Part shown: positions 13,173 to 26,556 of the stretch, one piece after another | Layout: each line of letters opens with the position of its first letter | Numbering within the stretch: the stretch's first letter is position 1 | Made by a program: the position numbers and the translations under genes | Source of the DNA: Rhina ancylostomus | Taxonomy: Eukaryota | Assembly (NCBI GenBank): GCA_030265395.1 | Contig: JARFYF010000001.1 | Span: 105,394,701 to 105,458,700, forward strand | Reading direction: 5' to 3' | Length of the DNA stretch: 64,000 bases | The notes under the pieces: model-generated | The model's input: the letters and a program-made list of their open reading frames with translations, nothing else | Told to the model about the DNA's origin: nothing | The model's database searches: none

Positions 13173-13178
13173 AATAAA
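13173..13178 (+). terminator. Candidate proximal poly(A) signal of FBXO33
   Basis: AATAAA about 1.1 kb after the stop, followed by T-rich sequence. Confidence 0.55.
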
Positions 13179-14929
13179 GCATTCAAATGTCTTATTTACG
13201 TAATGTTTAGTGCTAAAGTTTTGGGAATTTACAATAATGTTTTAAGCTTTATCATGTGTAGACTTTGCAAAAAGTTGCATGTACTGACAGTAAACTACAT
13301 TGATTGGTTTAAAAGTCTAAACTATTTTACATACACTTTGAATACTGTATTAGTATTTGCAGTAAAGTGTGGTTCAAACTATATCACTGATTTTTGCTCC
13401 TTCTACCATGCTAAATGTTTTGCATTTCAAATACAAAATTGCAGTGATCTTATGAGGGTTCATTACCATAATGATTCCACAACACATTTTATTACAATAC
13501 TCTTCCTCGACAACTGATGTGGAAAAGATTTAAACATAATTAAAAGAACTGAGCCCTAGGGCTTGTTTGGAGACTTTGCCACAAGGTTTTTGTAAATTGT
13601 TTGCTTCATGGTATGCTCTCCTATATCATAGAATGTTCTGACTAGACAAAGTTGTTTGATGGCAGTAATTGAGGAATGTTGTACTATGCACATGGTATAG
13701 AAACAGTGGCTTATGTACTTGCCTGTTAGGAATAGAAATTGAAATATGGGGAATTTGTGGTAAAGAAAATTGTGGATACTAGGTCCATTATAGACTAGTC
13801 TGTGCTTAGGATGTACCCAGAAGGAAACTGTATTCACTGTTTAGTGTCACTGAAATTGTGTTGGCTGGATTTGAGGATCTCTGGTGGGACCTTCAGAGGC
13901 CAAATAGAATTAATGAACCATGCTAGTTATACTTACAGTTAATGTTTGCTGGACTTTACCATGGTTTAAAGATTGGATTATTGATACATTGCAAAATTGG
14001 TCATCTGATTATTTATCTTGATTTCCAAATTGAGTGACAAATGTTTTTGGAACTTGGTTGAAATCCTTTAGCTCTTGGTTAACTTAGCAAGGGGTGCCCC
14101 ACTCTAAAATGTGCCTCTTCAAAGTTAGTACAAGAAAAAATATTAAAGGCCAGTATAGTCAAGAATACTGCAGGTGACCATATCACTTGGACTGCTGGTT
14201 TAGGGATTTTGAAATGTTTGTCCATTGTGTTTCTCACCATTGCTTTGTTCAAATTGTTTGATTCATATGAAAATTTTTAAAGAGGTCTCTGTAGCTACTT
14301 ACACAACAGCAGTGTTAAGATTACATGAAATCTGAAGCATTGCTTGGTTGTCTCCCTACCACATGTAAACTCAAATTATCAGATTTAATATTTCACAATT
14401 TGCCATTTACAGCTGAGAACTAATGGTCAGCATCATTCCAACCATCTCAAATACATCATCAGACTAAAGTATGCAAATTATTACTGGTGTGCTTCCACTT
14501 ATTTAGCTTCCTTCAGTGAGCTGTTACTTGGAGCTGTTGTATTGCTTTAGTTTTATTGTTTGGAAGTATATGGATGAATGGTGGTTTAATGGTGAATAGA
14601 TAGTCCACCATTACTTGTTTTCTCAGGATATCTCCTTGTTAGAGAAATATTTGGGAAAGTAAATATTCAATATAAGTGGCATCTTGAAGCAGATCAAGAA
14701 TTTTACTTAGTCTTACAACAGTTACAAAACATTGTCTAATGGCTGATTTCATTGCCATAATTTTTTTTAGGTTAAGAATAATTAATGTTCAAATTTAATG
14801 CCCAAGAACTAAGTGGATGTGAAAAACAACTTGTAAAATCCCATAAGTTTACCTTCATTCCTATGTACATAAAGTTGTATGAAAAGAATTGCACATCTAA
14901 AGTTAGTTCTGTTTTAAATCAAACTTGTT

Positions 14930-14954
14930 TTTATTTTCAGTATGTTACAATAAA
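14930..14954. terminator. Back-to-back poly(A) signals (minus 14935-14930 for MIA2; plus 14949-14954)
   Basis: TTTATT...AATAAA between the two convergent genes. Confidence 0.45.
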
Positions 14955-15447
14955 CATTTTTACATTCTAAATGTTCTTCAAACATTCCTTGTATCTTAGG
15001 CCTATAAATCTGCATTTACATTGGTGGAACTAGTATTAGCACCACCTTGGACATGCACATGAATGACATTCCTACTAATTAAAATTCTAATATTTCAAAT
15101 ATTGTTTTGTCATTTAAGGAGTTACAAATTCCATACATAAAATGGACTGGATAAAAACACAAATGGTCTTAACTAAAATAGTGCATGGCAAAACCCTGCT
15201 GTACATTGGCAAGCTACCCTCAGTATTGCACAATAAAAAGTTTAATAAATTCTATGTAAGACTCCTGAGGTGTACAATTCTAATCAAACAGCACTTCATC
15301 AGAAAACATGTGCCTTTATCCAAAGTAAGGTTGCCACCAACAATAGCAAACACCAATTTAAAAAAATGCAATATTGTAACCTGCACTTCACATCCCAATG
15401 TACTTTTTGATAAGTCACAGAGCCATTGATTCATTTACATCAGCCAT

Positions 15448-15599
15448 TCATTTATCTTGTGAAGATGACGGATGTTCAGTTGGGGGAAACTTGGGTAGAG
15501 GAAGCCGTGAAGGAAGAAGGCCACCAGCAATGTCTGAAAGTGGTCTATGTGGTGGGAAATTACTCAGATATGGTCCTGGCGGTCGTAATTGATCTCTCA
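15448..15599 (-). CDS. MIA2: MIA2/cTAGE5 last coding exon
   Basis: Acceptor ttctttatttcag; MRDQLRPPGPYLSNFPPHRP...PPTEHPSSSQDK, stop TGA 15450-15448. Confidence 0.9.
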
Positions 15600-18500
15600 C
15601 TGAAATAAAGAATACAAGTTTTTCTTGTAATTTTTAGTCATGATCTTTGGCTAGATAACTAGTGGCAACACCTAGACAATAGGTCAGCTTGTTGGCTCAG
15701 TGCCTGATCCACAATTATCAGGTGCATGCAGCCTAAAGAGTTTATCTTTCTGGTCTGAAGTATCTCAAGCTCCAGCAACTAGGAGTGAAGAGTAGCACAG
15801 TCTCCTGTGTTGAAAAGATGGTCAATCTCCCAAAACAGCAGCTTTGACAAGTGTTTAACTTTCCTGCTTTTAAAGCTGATATCTCTGATGTTCAGAGATA
15901 TTACTTTTAAAAAGCTTAAACATTAATGTTCAGAGTTGACAAAATTAAGAAATTATTTACTTAAACGGTATCTACCTTCCCATTTAATGTTGGGGAAACT
16001 CCTCAGAATAAATCAACCCATTTGGGCATTATGCTATTAACACCATCAAAGCTGATTTCATTGGAACTACCAGCTAGTGATGATATCCTCCCATACATTC
16101 AAAGTTGAATTTTTTACAAGCATTACATTTGTATTTTGTAAGATCAAACACCAAGTTCTCCTCTGAGTCATACACAATTTTGCCTTAAGTATATTGTTGC
16201 CTCATCGTCACTGGGTCTAAAACCCAGAACCTCCCCAAACAGCTGTGGGAGTACTTTCACCAGAAAAATTGCAATGGTTGAGATGGGAATTCACCATCTC
16301 CTCTCAAAACCAATTATGAATGGATAATAAATGATGGCCTTGCCAGCGACATCCAGATTGCAAGAAATGACTAAATATTTTAAAAATAATCTGTCCAGTT
16401 TAAGAGGTGTTCTTTTCCAAGTATACCATCTCTAAACTATGAAAGATCCATAAGGGAGCTGGATAAGTACTCAGAGAGGGGGATTTGCAAGTCTATAGGA
16501 GAGGGTGGAGAGTGGGATCAGATAGAAAGCTGTTAACTAGAGGTTTGGTTTATGCTGCAACCTGTGATTAAACTGATATCTCCAGGATGTACTGTGCTTT
16601 GAAGCAGCAGTCATCTGGGCAAAATGGAGAATATCTTGTCAATCTTGCTGATAAGTTGTCAGGTTTGAGGAAGTCAAGGGGTGAATCACTCAATGCAAAA
16701 TACCAATCTTTAAGAGATGGAATTTGTGTGGCTGGTCCCATTATGTTTTTGTCAATGGTAATCCATCCCCTACGATCACCAATGAAAATGGTACAAAGTG
16801 TTCGGAGGAGGTGACAGATTCTCTCAATGATTATCATTATGTGGTACTTGGCGTAAATGTCACCTTTTACTTAACAGTTCACATCTGATTATGGGTTGGT
16901 CTTGCTACATGCAGACATGAACCATTATTGTGAATGGAACTGAGAACTACAATCATCAACATGTCCACTTCATACCTTATGAATGGAAGAAAGGTCAATG
17001 CTGAAACAATTGGAGATGAATGAACCTGGAATATTGCCCTGAGGTCCCACATCAACATCAAACTCCATGAAGGGTCTCGGCTCAAAATGTCAACTGTTCA
17101 TTTCCCTCCATAGATGCTGCCTGACCTGCCGAGTTACTCCAGCATTTCATTGGTGTTGCATCATAATCCAGAGTTGAGAATTTTTTCTCAATTTGTATTG
17201 ATTTCATCTCATGGAATTGATCTATTCTGTCTACCTTTAAACCATAATATCTGTAGCCACGTAGCCTTGACAGAACACAAACTGAACAACTAATGAACGC
17301 AAACTAATGATGAGCAAGAGCTGTCTGACAGTACTACTGACTTCACCACCTTTAACTACTGTTGCATGAAAGTAAACTAACATGATAGCAATTGGCTGGA
17401 ATGGATTTGTCCTGCTTTATGTGGACAGGACATGCTACAACAATTTGTTGGGGTAGGGCATGCCCAGGAACATTAACTATCCCACATTTATAATACTTAG
17501 CAATCAGATGATATAAAATTTGAAAGTGGTAGGAAATTTGATCCATGGACATTACCAGTAATATCATACTCCTTCTGATGGAACCAATTCATTAAAAACG
17601 ATTCTAGGAAGGTGATGGGTTGGCCAGTTATGATCCAATTTTTCCTGGTGATTAACCCAACTCAACCTGAAACATTAACTCTCTCCACAGATACTGCTGA
17701 ATTTCCAGCTTCATCTTTTTTTTAATTGCAGATCTCAATCATTTCTAGTACTTCTTTTTGTTCTTTTTTCTCCCACCATTGGTGTGCAGTTCCCATTAAC
17801 TCCAAATCTTTATTAGATATCTTCTTAACAACTAGCATGTGAAGAAATGTCCCAAGATCTTTGATAGAGCATGCAAGTTTTAATAAAGGTCCTGAAGAAG
17901 GAGATGTGGAGAAAATTAGGAAGTGAATTCTGGAGTTTTAAGACTAGATAGTTGAAAAAGAACTGCCAAGAGCAGGGAAAAGAAAGTGAAGGATGATGAC
18001 AGGCTGAAATTGGCAAAATGCAGTTTTAGAGGGTTATTGGGTTGAAGGAGGCTATGGTAAAAGGCCACAAAAAGGTTTTGGACATGAAAATGAGAATTAT
18101 ACAGGGCTTAATGTAATTCAAGGAGTACACAGGTGATCAGTAAGCAGATCTTGATATGGTTTTGTGGAAAAACAAAAAAGTTTGAGCATTTCCACAAAAC
18201 CAAAACCTCCTGTTACAGTGTCAGTATAGCAAACCTTTCCTGAATCTTTTTCAGCACTCTGGTATATTTCTTCCAATGTGATGTCCAGAACTAAATCCAT
18301 ACAGTGGTCTACACTATCTTGCATTAATTCAGCATAACTTCATTTTTATATCGATGTAAAATCTAAACATAACCATTGGATTATAATGTCATTTTTAAAA
18401 ATTTACTCCCAGTTTAACATCTGGGCATCACTGGGAGGGCCAACCTTTATTGCTCATCTCTATCTGACCATGAAAAGACAGTGCACTTAATTCCTGAAAG

Positions 18501-18994
18501 TGCCAAGTTTCATTTCATTTTGCAGGTGAAACTATCACCCATCAGAGATGACAACATTCCAGCATGGCACTCCTTTCACATTGCCAACTTCAAGCAGATA
18601 TTTCTCTGATGAGTGAAGTTACAGGCTGAAGTGGATTGCCAGGAGATTACATCTGTTCTAAATTTAAATATGGACAATGGGCTCGTCTACACCATAGATG
18701 GATCAATTCCAGGGCATATTAACTATAACCAATAAACTAATGGAGAAAAAGGCAGCTGGTGGACTGGAAGTGCCCAGCTGGCTGTCTCTCTTCTTGGCTG
18801 GGAAACACAGAAAAAAATACTTTTTTTAAGGATATAATGGCATGTCTGCCACCAATCAAATCTCACCTAGAGGATGGTTGCTTCCATCTATTTCTTTTGC
18901 TTTTCTAAATGACTTCTCATATACAAAACCTTTTGCAAGTAAACAATTTCACTGTGAATTGTAATCAGTTGGATTAATAAATGTGTATACTTAC

Positions 18995-19223
18995 TTCCCA
19001 TGGAAGGATGAGGTGGCAAACCAAAAGCTCTTAGCGGGAAACGTTCTGGAGGACCATAGATTCCACCACGTGGAGGGAGTGGAAATCCCCTGAGTGGAAC
19101 ATTGCCTCTTAGATCAACAGGTAAGGAGGGAACTTGGTTGGAATAGGCAGGTGCAAAACCAGGTCTAATTCCAAGTTCAGCTTCCACAGGAAGAGACTGG
19201 TTTAGAGATACACTTAATGAGTC
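18995..19223 (-). CDS. MIA2: exon 28 (proline-rich)
   Basis: DSLSVSLNQSLPVEAELGIRPGFAP...PVDLRG...FGLPPHPSMG; 229 nt. Confidence 0.92.
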
Positions 19224-19390
19224 CTGCAAGAAAGATCGTACACTGTTTATTCCCAAATAATCGATCAAAATCAAATAAAAGCATATAAGTTCCAATATGA
19301 AGCTTATCAAATGCTCTAATGGTATCTAAATATAAAAAGCTGTGCAGAAATAAGACAAGAGATTAATAATGAAGAAATGACTACACTTAC

Positions 19391-19461
19391 ACGATCTCGG
19401 GCCTGACTCTCTGAAGCAGAACTTGATGTTTGCATGCTATTTTCAAGTTTGGGGTGTCCAT
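19391..19461 (-). CDS. MIA2: exon 27
   Basis: DGHPKLENSMQTSSSASESQARDR; tgtgtag / GTAAGT; phase 1 to 0. Confidence 0.85.
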
Positions 19462-19829
19462 CTACACAAATCAAAGCTGGAGAGAGGTAAAAATCAATTA
19501 TAAATATTCGAAGATAATTTTAAATAAAATTTTACCTTTATTAATTCTCTACTCATTTTATACTTATCTAATGCAAGGTAACCCATTGTAAATACCACAT
19601 AATAGAAATGTACATACATGTGGAGTCAGAAAGTACATTCAGTACTACACAGTATTCTTAGTGTAGAAGTTACCAATTTATAAACGATCACGGACGCTAA
19701 GAGAATGATTTAAACTCTGAGGCTAAGTTACGGCCAGTAATTGAAAGAAATCAACATTTTAACTTTTAATGATAACTGGTTACTTTGCTCTTCAATAATT
19801 ATCGTCTTTGGAGACAAGTACAGGAATAG

Positions 19830-20345
19830 GGATGTCTTACAATTCGATAGGGCCTTGAGAGCACATCTGGAGTACTGTGTCCAGTTCTGGTATCCTTGCA
19901 CAAGGAGATACTTGCTATAGATGCAGCAAAAGTTTACCAAACAGATGACAAGACTGTATGAGGAAAAATTTAATTGACAAAGGCTGCATTCATTAGAGTT
20001 TTTAAAGAATGAAAGGAGATTTCATTAGAACATTCAAAATTCTGACAAGGCTCGATAAGCTGGACGCAGAAAGGATGGCCATTAGATGCAGGGGGGTGTC
20101 TAGAACCAAGGGTCAAAAGTCTCAGGATACATGGTACAACATTTAGGAATGAGATGAGGAGAACTTTATTCATTCAGTGGAATTCTCTACCACAGAATGT
20201 TCTTAAGGCAAAGTGGCAAAATATATATACAAGGAGGCAGACAGATTTCTCGACACAAAGAGCAGGGATATGGTGTTGATACAGGAATGGCCACGATTAT
20301 ATTGAATGATGAGCAGACTCGAAGGATATTCCTGTTCCTATTTTT
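19830..20345 (+). mobile_element. Old CR1 fragment
   Basis: CACATCTGGAGTACTGTGTCCAGTTCTGG and CTAGAACCAAGGGTCA motifs. Confidence 0.75.
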
Positions 20346-20878
20346 CAATGCTTCTATGTTTCCATCTATAAAGCAGTTTACAGATGCTGTTTATTCTCTT
20401 CACCCAACAGAAAAAAAAAGCACAAACATTGAAATAGAATTAAAATTTGAACAATTCCAAATTTAGATAGGAATATTTTGTGCATCAAAAAATGTGATTA
20501 ATTATTTTGGAACAACTTGGCTTTTAAATAAGTAACATTTTCTTTCATTAATAATTAGTTTTTTTTAAATCTTATTTTTCTAGTACCTTTTGTCCTCATT
20601 GGTTTTCTACTTAAAATACTCCAGTAACTTTGTGGGTGCTTTTATGTCCGCTATGGACCAATGTCAATAGTGGGTCTATTAAAATAGTAAATTAGGTCCA
20701 TTCAAATCAATTTTTTTTAAACTACATTAGTGACATTTATTGATTGAGATTAATCAAAATCTAAAACAGCTATAATTGTATTTTCNNNNTTCTTTCTACA
20801 AATTTTGCAAACATGCAAAACTCTTGTTGACTTACATTTTTGTTTGGCTAAAATGACAACTGCAATGTTGCACCGTAC

Positions 20879-20993
20879 CTGTTCTAGCTAAAAAATGAGT
20901 TTCAGCTGGTCCAGATAACCTTCTTGCATTTGCATAATAACCTCAATCTGAAGCCTGATGACAGCGATCTCCAAGTATATATTTAGAACACAC
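20879..20993 (-). pseudogene. Decayed or atypical exon 26 homolog (RLSGPAE) with in-frame TGA
   Basis: HQASD*GYYANARRLSGPAETHFLART; intact donor CAG|GTACGG, but TGA at 20945-20943 and no good acceptor. Confidence 0.65.
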
Positions 20994-21201
20994 TCAACAG
21001 CATTATGAAATGCATGCAATAGGACAAAGTGCATAGTCAAGCATTTTCTCAAAATCTTAATTCCCTTAAAATATTCACAGAATTATACATTCATTTATTT
21101 AAAATTATAACAAGACTGTATATTCAAGTGGTCATAAAACCTAAACACTAACTCAGTAGATGAATTATATAGCTGGATATTTAAAAGGGATTCTTTCATA
21201 C

Positions 21202-21354
21202 CTGGTGATATTCTGTACAGCTTACGATCTCTTTCCCACACAGGGGACAGTGAACCACTATCCGACTGTGGACCATGTTGATCAGACATTCGGTCAGAAA
21301 CAGAATCTGTATTTTCATTAGTAGTGTGATCCAGCTGGACTGATGGACCTCTTG
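21202..21354 (-). CDS. MIA2: exon 25
   Basis: RGPSVQLDH...DRMSDQHGPQSDSGSLSPVWERDRK; 153 nt. Confidence 0.93.
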
Positions 21355-22148
21355 CTATGGGCAAACACACAGCAAATTAATTATATTTCATATATTAAAT
21401 AAATATTGTAAGTAGGACATTTTGTAGAATGGTTCACAACCTAAAGCAATTAAAACTTGCTGACAGGAGTATGCTTACATACTGTTCAGAACATTAATAA
21501 AAATCATTACTGTTCAACTACTCAGCACTCTATAATTTTAGAAACATAGACACCTCAGAAAGAGGGCATTTTGTTCATAACCACCAAGAGGCCAATGAGG
21601 CTAATCTGATTCTCTGGTTATCTGTCCACAGCAAGCAGCATGTGGTCACTTAGGATTTTACTTAGTGTGATGAGGATTGTTCTTGACCATCCTTTTAGGC
21701 AGCAGGTTCCAGATCTTTGCCACCCCTCTTGATGAAAGTACCTTTTCTCAACTCCACTGTAAATCTTACATCTATGCCCCACCTACTACATTCTCTCCAA
21801 AAGGCATTAATTGGTTCTGTTTATTGGTTATATTGATTTTATAACTTTTGTTCCAAATTCTTTATACAAAAGTGGCATGCTTCCTAGTTATTGACCTCTC
21901 AAGTCAAAGAGAACAGGTCCTTCTTTGCTAACTGAATTACACCTCTCAATTTTATACAGCTTGACTGAATCTCCCCTCAGCATCCTGTTATAGAGAAAAT
22001 AATACCAGCCTAGCCAATCTTTTCTCTTAACTAAAAATCCAAACCTGGCAACAGCTTTGTAAATCTCTTGGATCGTTTGCATTACTCTGGCTGTGGCCTA
22101 ACTAGTATGTAATACATTTAGAACCGACTATTGTGCTAAATACTTTAC

Positions 22149-22280
22149 TTTTGGAGTCTGTTTTCCCAGGAAACAAAGGCGAAAACCTTAAGGGCCCATC
22201 TAGTAATGGAGGTGACAGAAAACCCACAGGTTCGGAGCCGGGTCGACCCACTGGAGAAGGGCCATATGGAGAACTTCCTC
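22149..22280 (-). CDS. MIA2: exon 24 (proline-rich domain)
   Basis: GSSPYGPSPVGRPGSEPVGFLSPPLLDGPLRFSPLFPG; 132 nt. Confidence 0.93.
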
Positions 22281-22536
22281 CTGTAATTATGAAGCCAAAA
22301 AAAAAAAATCACAAAACAGCTCTAATTTTTGATGATTAAAAAAATCAAAAAATACTTCTTAAAACCTATGCTGATCAATGTAAATAACCACTGGACTCAT
22401 TCTTACAGAATTCAAGTCTCAGTAGCACAAAATCAAAGGAACTGTACCAACCAAAATCTATGCTTTGTGATTAGATGCAAGTAAATTTACTGTGATACAC
22501 AGAATATACAGAAAAGAATCAAAGAGACTGCAGTAC

Positions 22537-22646
22537 CTCTGTATGGTGGGCCAAATGTTGAAGCACTTAATGCTGGCCTTCCAGATACCTCGATTACAAG
22601 TGGATCCTTCAAAGCAATATCTATTTTGAATTCCGCTTCAGTTATT
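22537..22646 (-). CDS. MIA2: exon 23
   Basis: ITEAEFKIDIALKDPLVIEVSGRPALSASTFGPPYR; 110 nt, phase 2 to 1. Confidence 0.9.
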
Positions 22647-23944
22647 CTGTAAAAGTAATACATAATTTGCCACCTAAAATTAGCACAGGGATGGACGCCT
22701 ATCTTGCCGGAAAGCTAATCCCTCCCTGTTTACAGTCAGATGTCACTGCAACACAAAGAGGAATGTGGGTATAAGCGCAGTCACTAATGACTGCACAAGG
22801 CTACTACTGGGTTTTAGATGCTGCAGTAATCAGAGAGGAAACTTCATTGGAAAACATTTCTATTAAGTAACCTAAACATTATAATCAGTACACTAGCTAA
22901 GGACCTCTCTTGATTACCTTGTTTTACATTCTAGAATTGTTGGATGGGTGCAATTTGTAAACAGAATATTTGATAGTGTAAAGATTTTTTTACCCTTCTG
23001 GAAAAGTCTAAAACTTGTAGTTGAAGTGAAGAATATAAATGTATTTTAAAAGAAAACTGGAGGATAAGTACATGGAAAATGTAATAGTTACACTGATGAA
23101 TTAGAAGATGGGAAGAACCTTGTGTGAAGCACTGACCAGCTTGGTCTAATGGTATGTCTCTGTCTATAAATATATATTTTGGAGTACTGCTTACAAGAGC
23201 ATTTGACTTACTTATTGCTTTAACTGAACTGTTACTTTAACAGCTTAAATCATACTTTTAAGGTCAAACCCACCCAGTTTCTGCTTCTGCATTCTTATTC
23301 TGGCAATCTGGGAGCAATGTTTTGTGAAGAAAAGGTTTCTTTGGCAATGTCTTATTTAAAGATTTTCTTAAGTTGCTGATTAGCATTAGAAGTACAATGC
23401 AATCTCTGGGAGGAAAAATATCAGAAAGCATTAAGTCTGTAGACCTTCGACAAAACTGAAAACTGACAGAAAATTGGGCAGATATTTCAATATTTAATAT
23501 ACTTAGAAATAACTTTGACAAAATGCAGGCTGCACAAAAGACAGATGAATCGTTGTTTCCCCCCCCCCCGAAAAGTTTACTTTACAAAGGAGTATTAATA
23601 TATTTACAGACTTTGACTAATTCCATGGTAGAAATTATACTTTTACGCTCTTTCCTCCATCCTACCAAATATCAGGAACAAAAAGTCCAAACGACGTGGA
23701 TATCTTCAGGTCAATTCTGAACTCAACAATGTTCAAGTATTTTAATTACCTCTCATCATCTCATCCATCAACTTTAGTAAAACAGCATACCTTAACATTT
23801 TTATATGGGGGTGGGGGAACTCTTGACACAGCTGGAATGCCTAAATACTTTGTTTTTTTTAAATGATACTGCAAAGTTCAGAAGAAGTTGTCACTGAATT
23901 CAAAAGTGAATGAGAAGTTCATTTGGAAATAGCTGGAAACTTAC

Positions 23945-24012
23945 TTTTGCCGAAGGTGAACATTCTCTCTTTTAATATTGCCAAGTTCTCGTTCAGCTTC
24001 ACGAGCTGACAG
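23945..24012 (-). CDS. MIA2: exon 22
   Basis: LSAREAERELGNIKRENVHLRQK; 68 nt. Confidence 0.95.
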
Positions 24013-24538
24013 CTACAATTAAAAATTTTGTACATCAGTTACAAACATTGATATGATAAACATCAACCTTTGAGAACTGCAGAAGCAATTCATTGATGGT
24101 ACAGGAATTAGTTTACAGCATGTTCAGTGATTGTTTCTTTTTACCCGATTCTGCTTTCTCCGTGAACAATGATTTCATATTTTATTAAATTCTGTTAATG
24201 TTTTTTCAGTGCTCCTAACACCAGGTGCTATACACTTGCACCAGGGGTTGACTATTTTCTTAACATGAATAAATTGATGGTCAGTTGATAACCTTAGGCT
24301 TTTATATGTGCAATCATGTACTTGCACAGATATGTGCCTTCAGAAACTTTCTCTGCTGAGTCATCTACTAGGCTGAGCTAGTAATTACGCTGTACCAGTT
24401 GAAATAGCAAAACTGAAAATGAAATTGTGACTAAGCCATTTTACAACAGCCATGCATGGCACCAGGGCATAAAGTTATTTCAGCAGATACATCAGAAATT
24501 TAAAAAGATCAGCAACGCATTTTATGTCTGAAACTCAC

Positions 24539-24574
24539 CCAATTATCATGTGCTTTTTTCTCATGGGATACAAT
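24539..24574 (-). CDS. MIA2: exon 21
   Basis: IVSHEKKAHDNW, the hallmark TANGO1/cTAGE5 motif; 36 nt. Confidence 0.97.
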
Positions 24575-25467
24575 CTATAAATGTAAATATAAAAGAAAAT
24601 GATTTAATTAATTTGCTATTCACAGAATGTGGGCATTATTGACAATATTTATTAATCTTCATCTTTTTATTGGGTGGTATTAATCAATTTTGTTGCATTT
24701 CTGGCTACATCAACCAGGCTGCTTCAGAATACCAAATTTTCTTCTTTGCAATATTTTAGTGCACTAAATGGGGTTTTCACAACAATCTAGTAAAGGCCAT
24801 ATTTCAACTTCTTATTCCAAATGTAATTAGTTAATTGTCTGAATTTAAACTCTCCAGCTGCTGTGCTTGGTTTTGAAGCAATGTCTTCAAATTATTAGCC
24901 TGGACCTTGTGATTGCTAATCCAGTAACATAAGCATTTTGCTCTATACCCTATCTGTGCTGGCCTTCAAAATGGCAAAAGAATGGACTGCCTGGTGAACT
25001 ACCCGAGCTCACTGGATGCCTGCCCTTGGGCAATGCTGTTTTTCCAGCATGGTCCCTGGCACAGTCTTCTATTGGGAGGCTGGATGGCTAGCTCCCAGGA
25101 TAGGCTCTGAATGTAAGTGACCAGCTCACCTCCAGAAAGGCTTTCACAAAGAGTAGGGCCATTTGCAAACATTCATAGACACTCAAAGCCTATTAAAAAT
25201 ATTTAAACAATCATATATCATTATGGATAACAGGCAAAAATTACATCATACAGAGCAACTCTGGTATAGTAAAACAGCTTTACTTTCAGTTAAGAACTTT
25301 AAGGAAGTGTTTATACACAAAGTAAAAACAGAAAATGCTAGAAATCCTCAGCAGGCCCACAGGCAGCATGTGCAGAGAGAGAAACAGAAATAACATTTCA
25401 GATGGAAAACCCTTCATTTGGGGTTTATTAAGAAGTAAGCAAAGACGAACAATTTTCTTTTACGTAC

Positions 25468-25528
25468 TTGATTTTTATATGACTGCATAGTTTTAATTAA
25501 TTCTTCTTCAAGATCTTTAGCACGTTGC
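25468..25528 (-). CDS. MIA2: exon 20
   Basis: QRAKDLEEELIKTMQSYKNQ; 61 nt. Confidence 0.95.
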
Positions 25529-25605
25529 CTGCAAAGAAACAAAACAGTAATTATAACTCAATTTAAAATTTATATTTTAATTAAGAAACTGACCTTCACT
25601 GTTAC

Positions 25606-25707
25606 CTGTAAATAGTGAGCTCTTCAGTAGCTTGATTAATCTTTTCACCAACTTCAGAAAGTTTCTCCTCTTTCTGCAAACGCTGATGCTCTTCCAGAGT
25701 TAGATTT
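25606..25707 (-). CDS. MIA2: exon 19
   Basis: NLTLEEHQRLQKEEKLSEVGEKINQATEELTIYR; 102 nt. Confidence 0.95.
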
Positions 25708-26417
25708 CTGCAGACAGAACAATCAAAATAATTCCTCTGCTAATTGGTAATATAGTGTCAACAGAGGGACAGATGAGATGATAGGTAAGTGTTATCAGTC
25801 TGTTAAAATCTTGGAACTAGTTATAGGAAGAATTTTCAGTGAGGATTTTGTGCAGTTTCTGAGGGGGGAAAGCACATGTTCAATAAAAGAAAATTGCTTA
25901 TTCCCTCCTCAACATTTCCTGCAACAGCAGTTGTGATTAGTGGCTGATTAATAGGAAACTCTACCGATGAAAAATGGAGCAGAATAGCATAAAAATAAAT
26001 GAAAAAATCGATGAACCCAACTGGACATTTGTGCTCTTTTCAATACAAAATTAAAATAAATAATTGAGGACTAACTATGATTATACCCTTTTCTAATATT
26101 TTCTATTTTTCTGTGGACAATACATTATTACATCAACAAGTAAATAGTGTCTGGACTGTAATTACTGCTAAGGATAAAGCAATTCTAAAGGCAATGTTTT
26201 CTTCGTATTTTCCCTAGTCACAACCCCTCTGCGCTCATCATCAGGAAAGCACTGGCTTTTACTCTGACCTTCTCTCAACAGTGAAGCTGAGCTCTGAACA
26301 ACGTTATGCACAGTAATACTAACAGGCCCTAAACTTGCACTGACTCTACCCAATTATATTTATACTTTCTATATGATTCATTTTCATTCAAAGTCTGCCT
26401 CAATCCACACTTTTTAC

Positions 26418-26556
26418 CTTTGAAGTGCCATTTCCTTCTCATGGTACATTTCTGTCATGATCTTTAACTTCTGCTGAATGGTTTTATATTCAGTCTCAAA
26501 CTGAGTTTTCACACACTGCACTGAAGTGTGCTCCAGCTGAAGTTTCTCAATGCGCT
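26418..26556 (-). CDS. MIA2: exon 18
   Basis: ERIEKLQLEH...IQQKLKIMTEMYHEKEMALQR; 139 nt. Confidence 0.95.

Noticed and set aside
18157-18202. 14-bp inverted repeat TGGTTTTGTGGAAA/TTTCCACAAAACCA
   Set aside because: Short and low-complexity; no other support.
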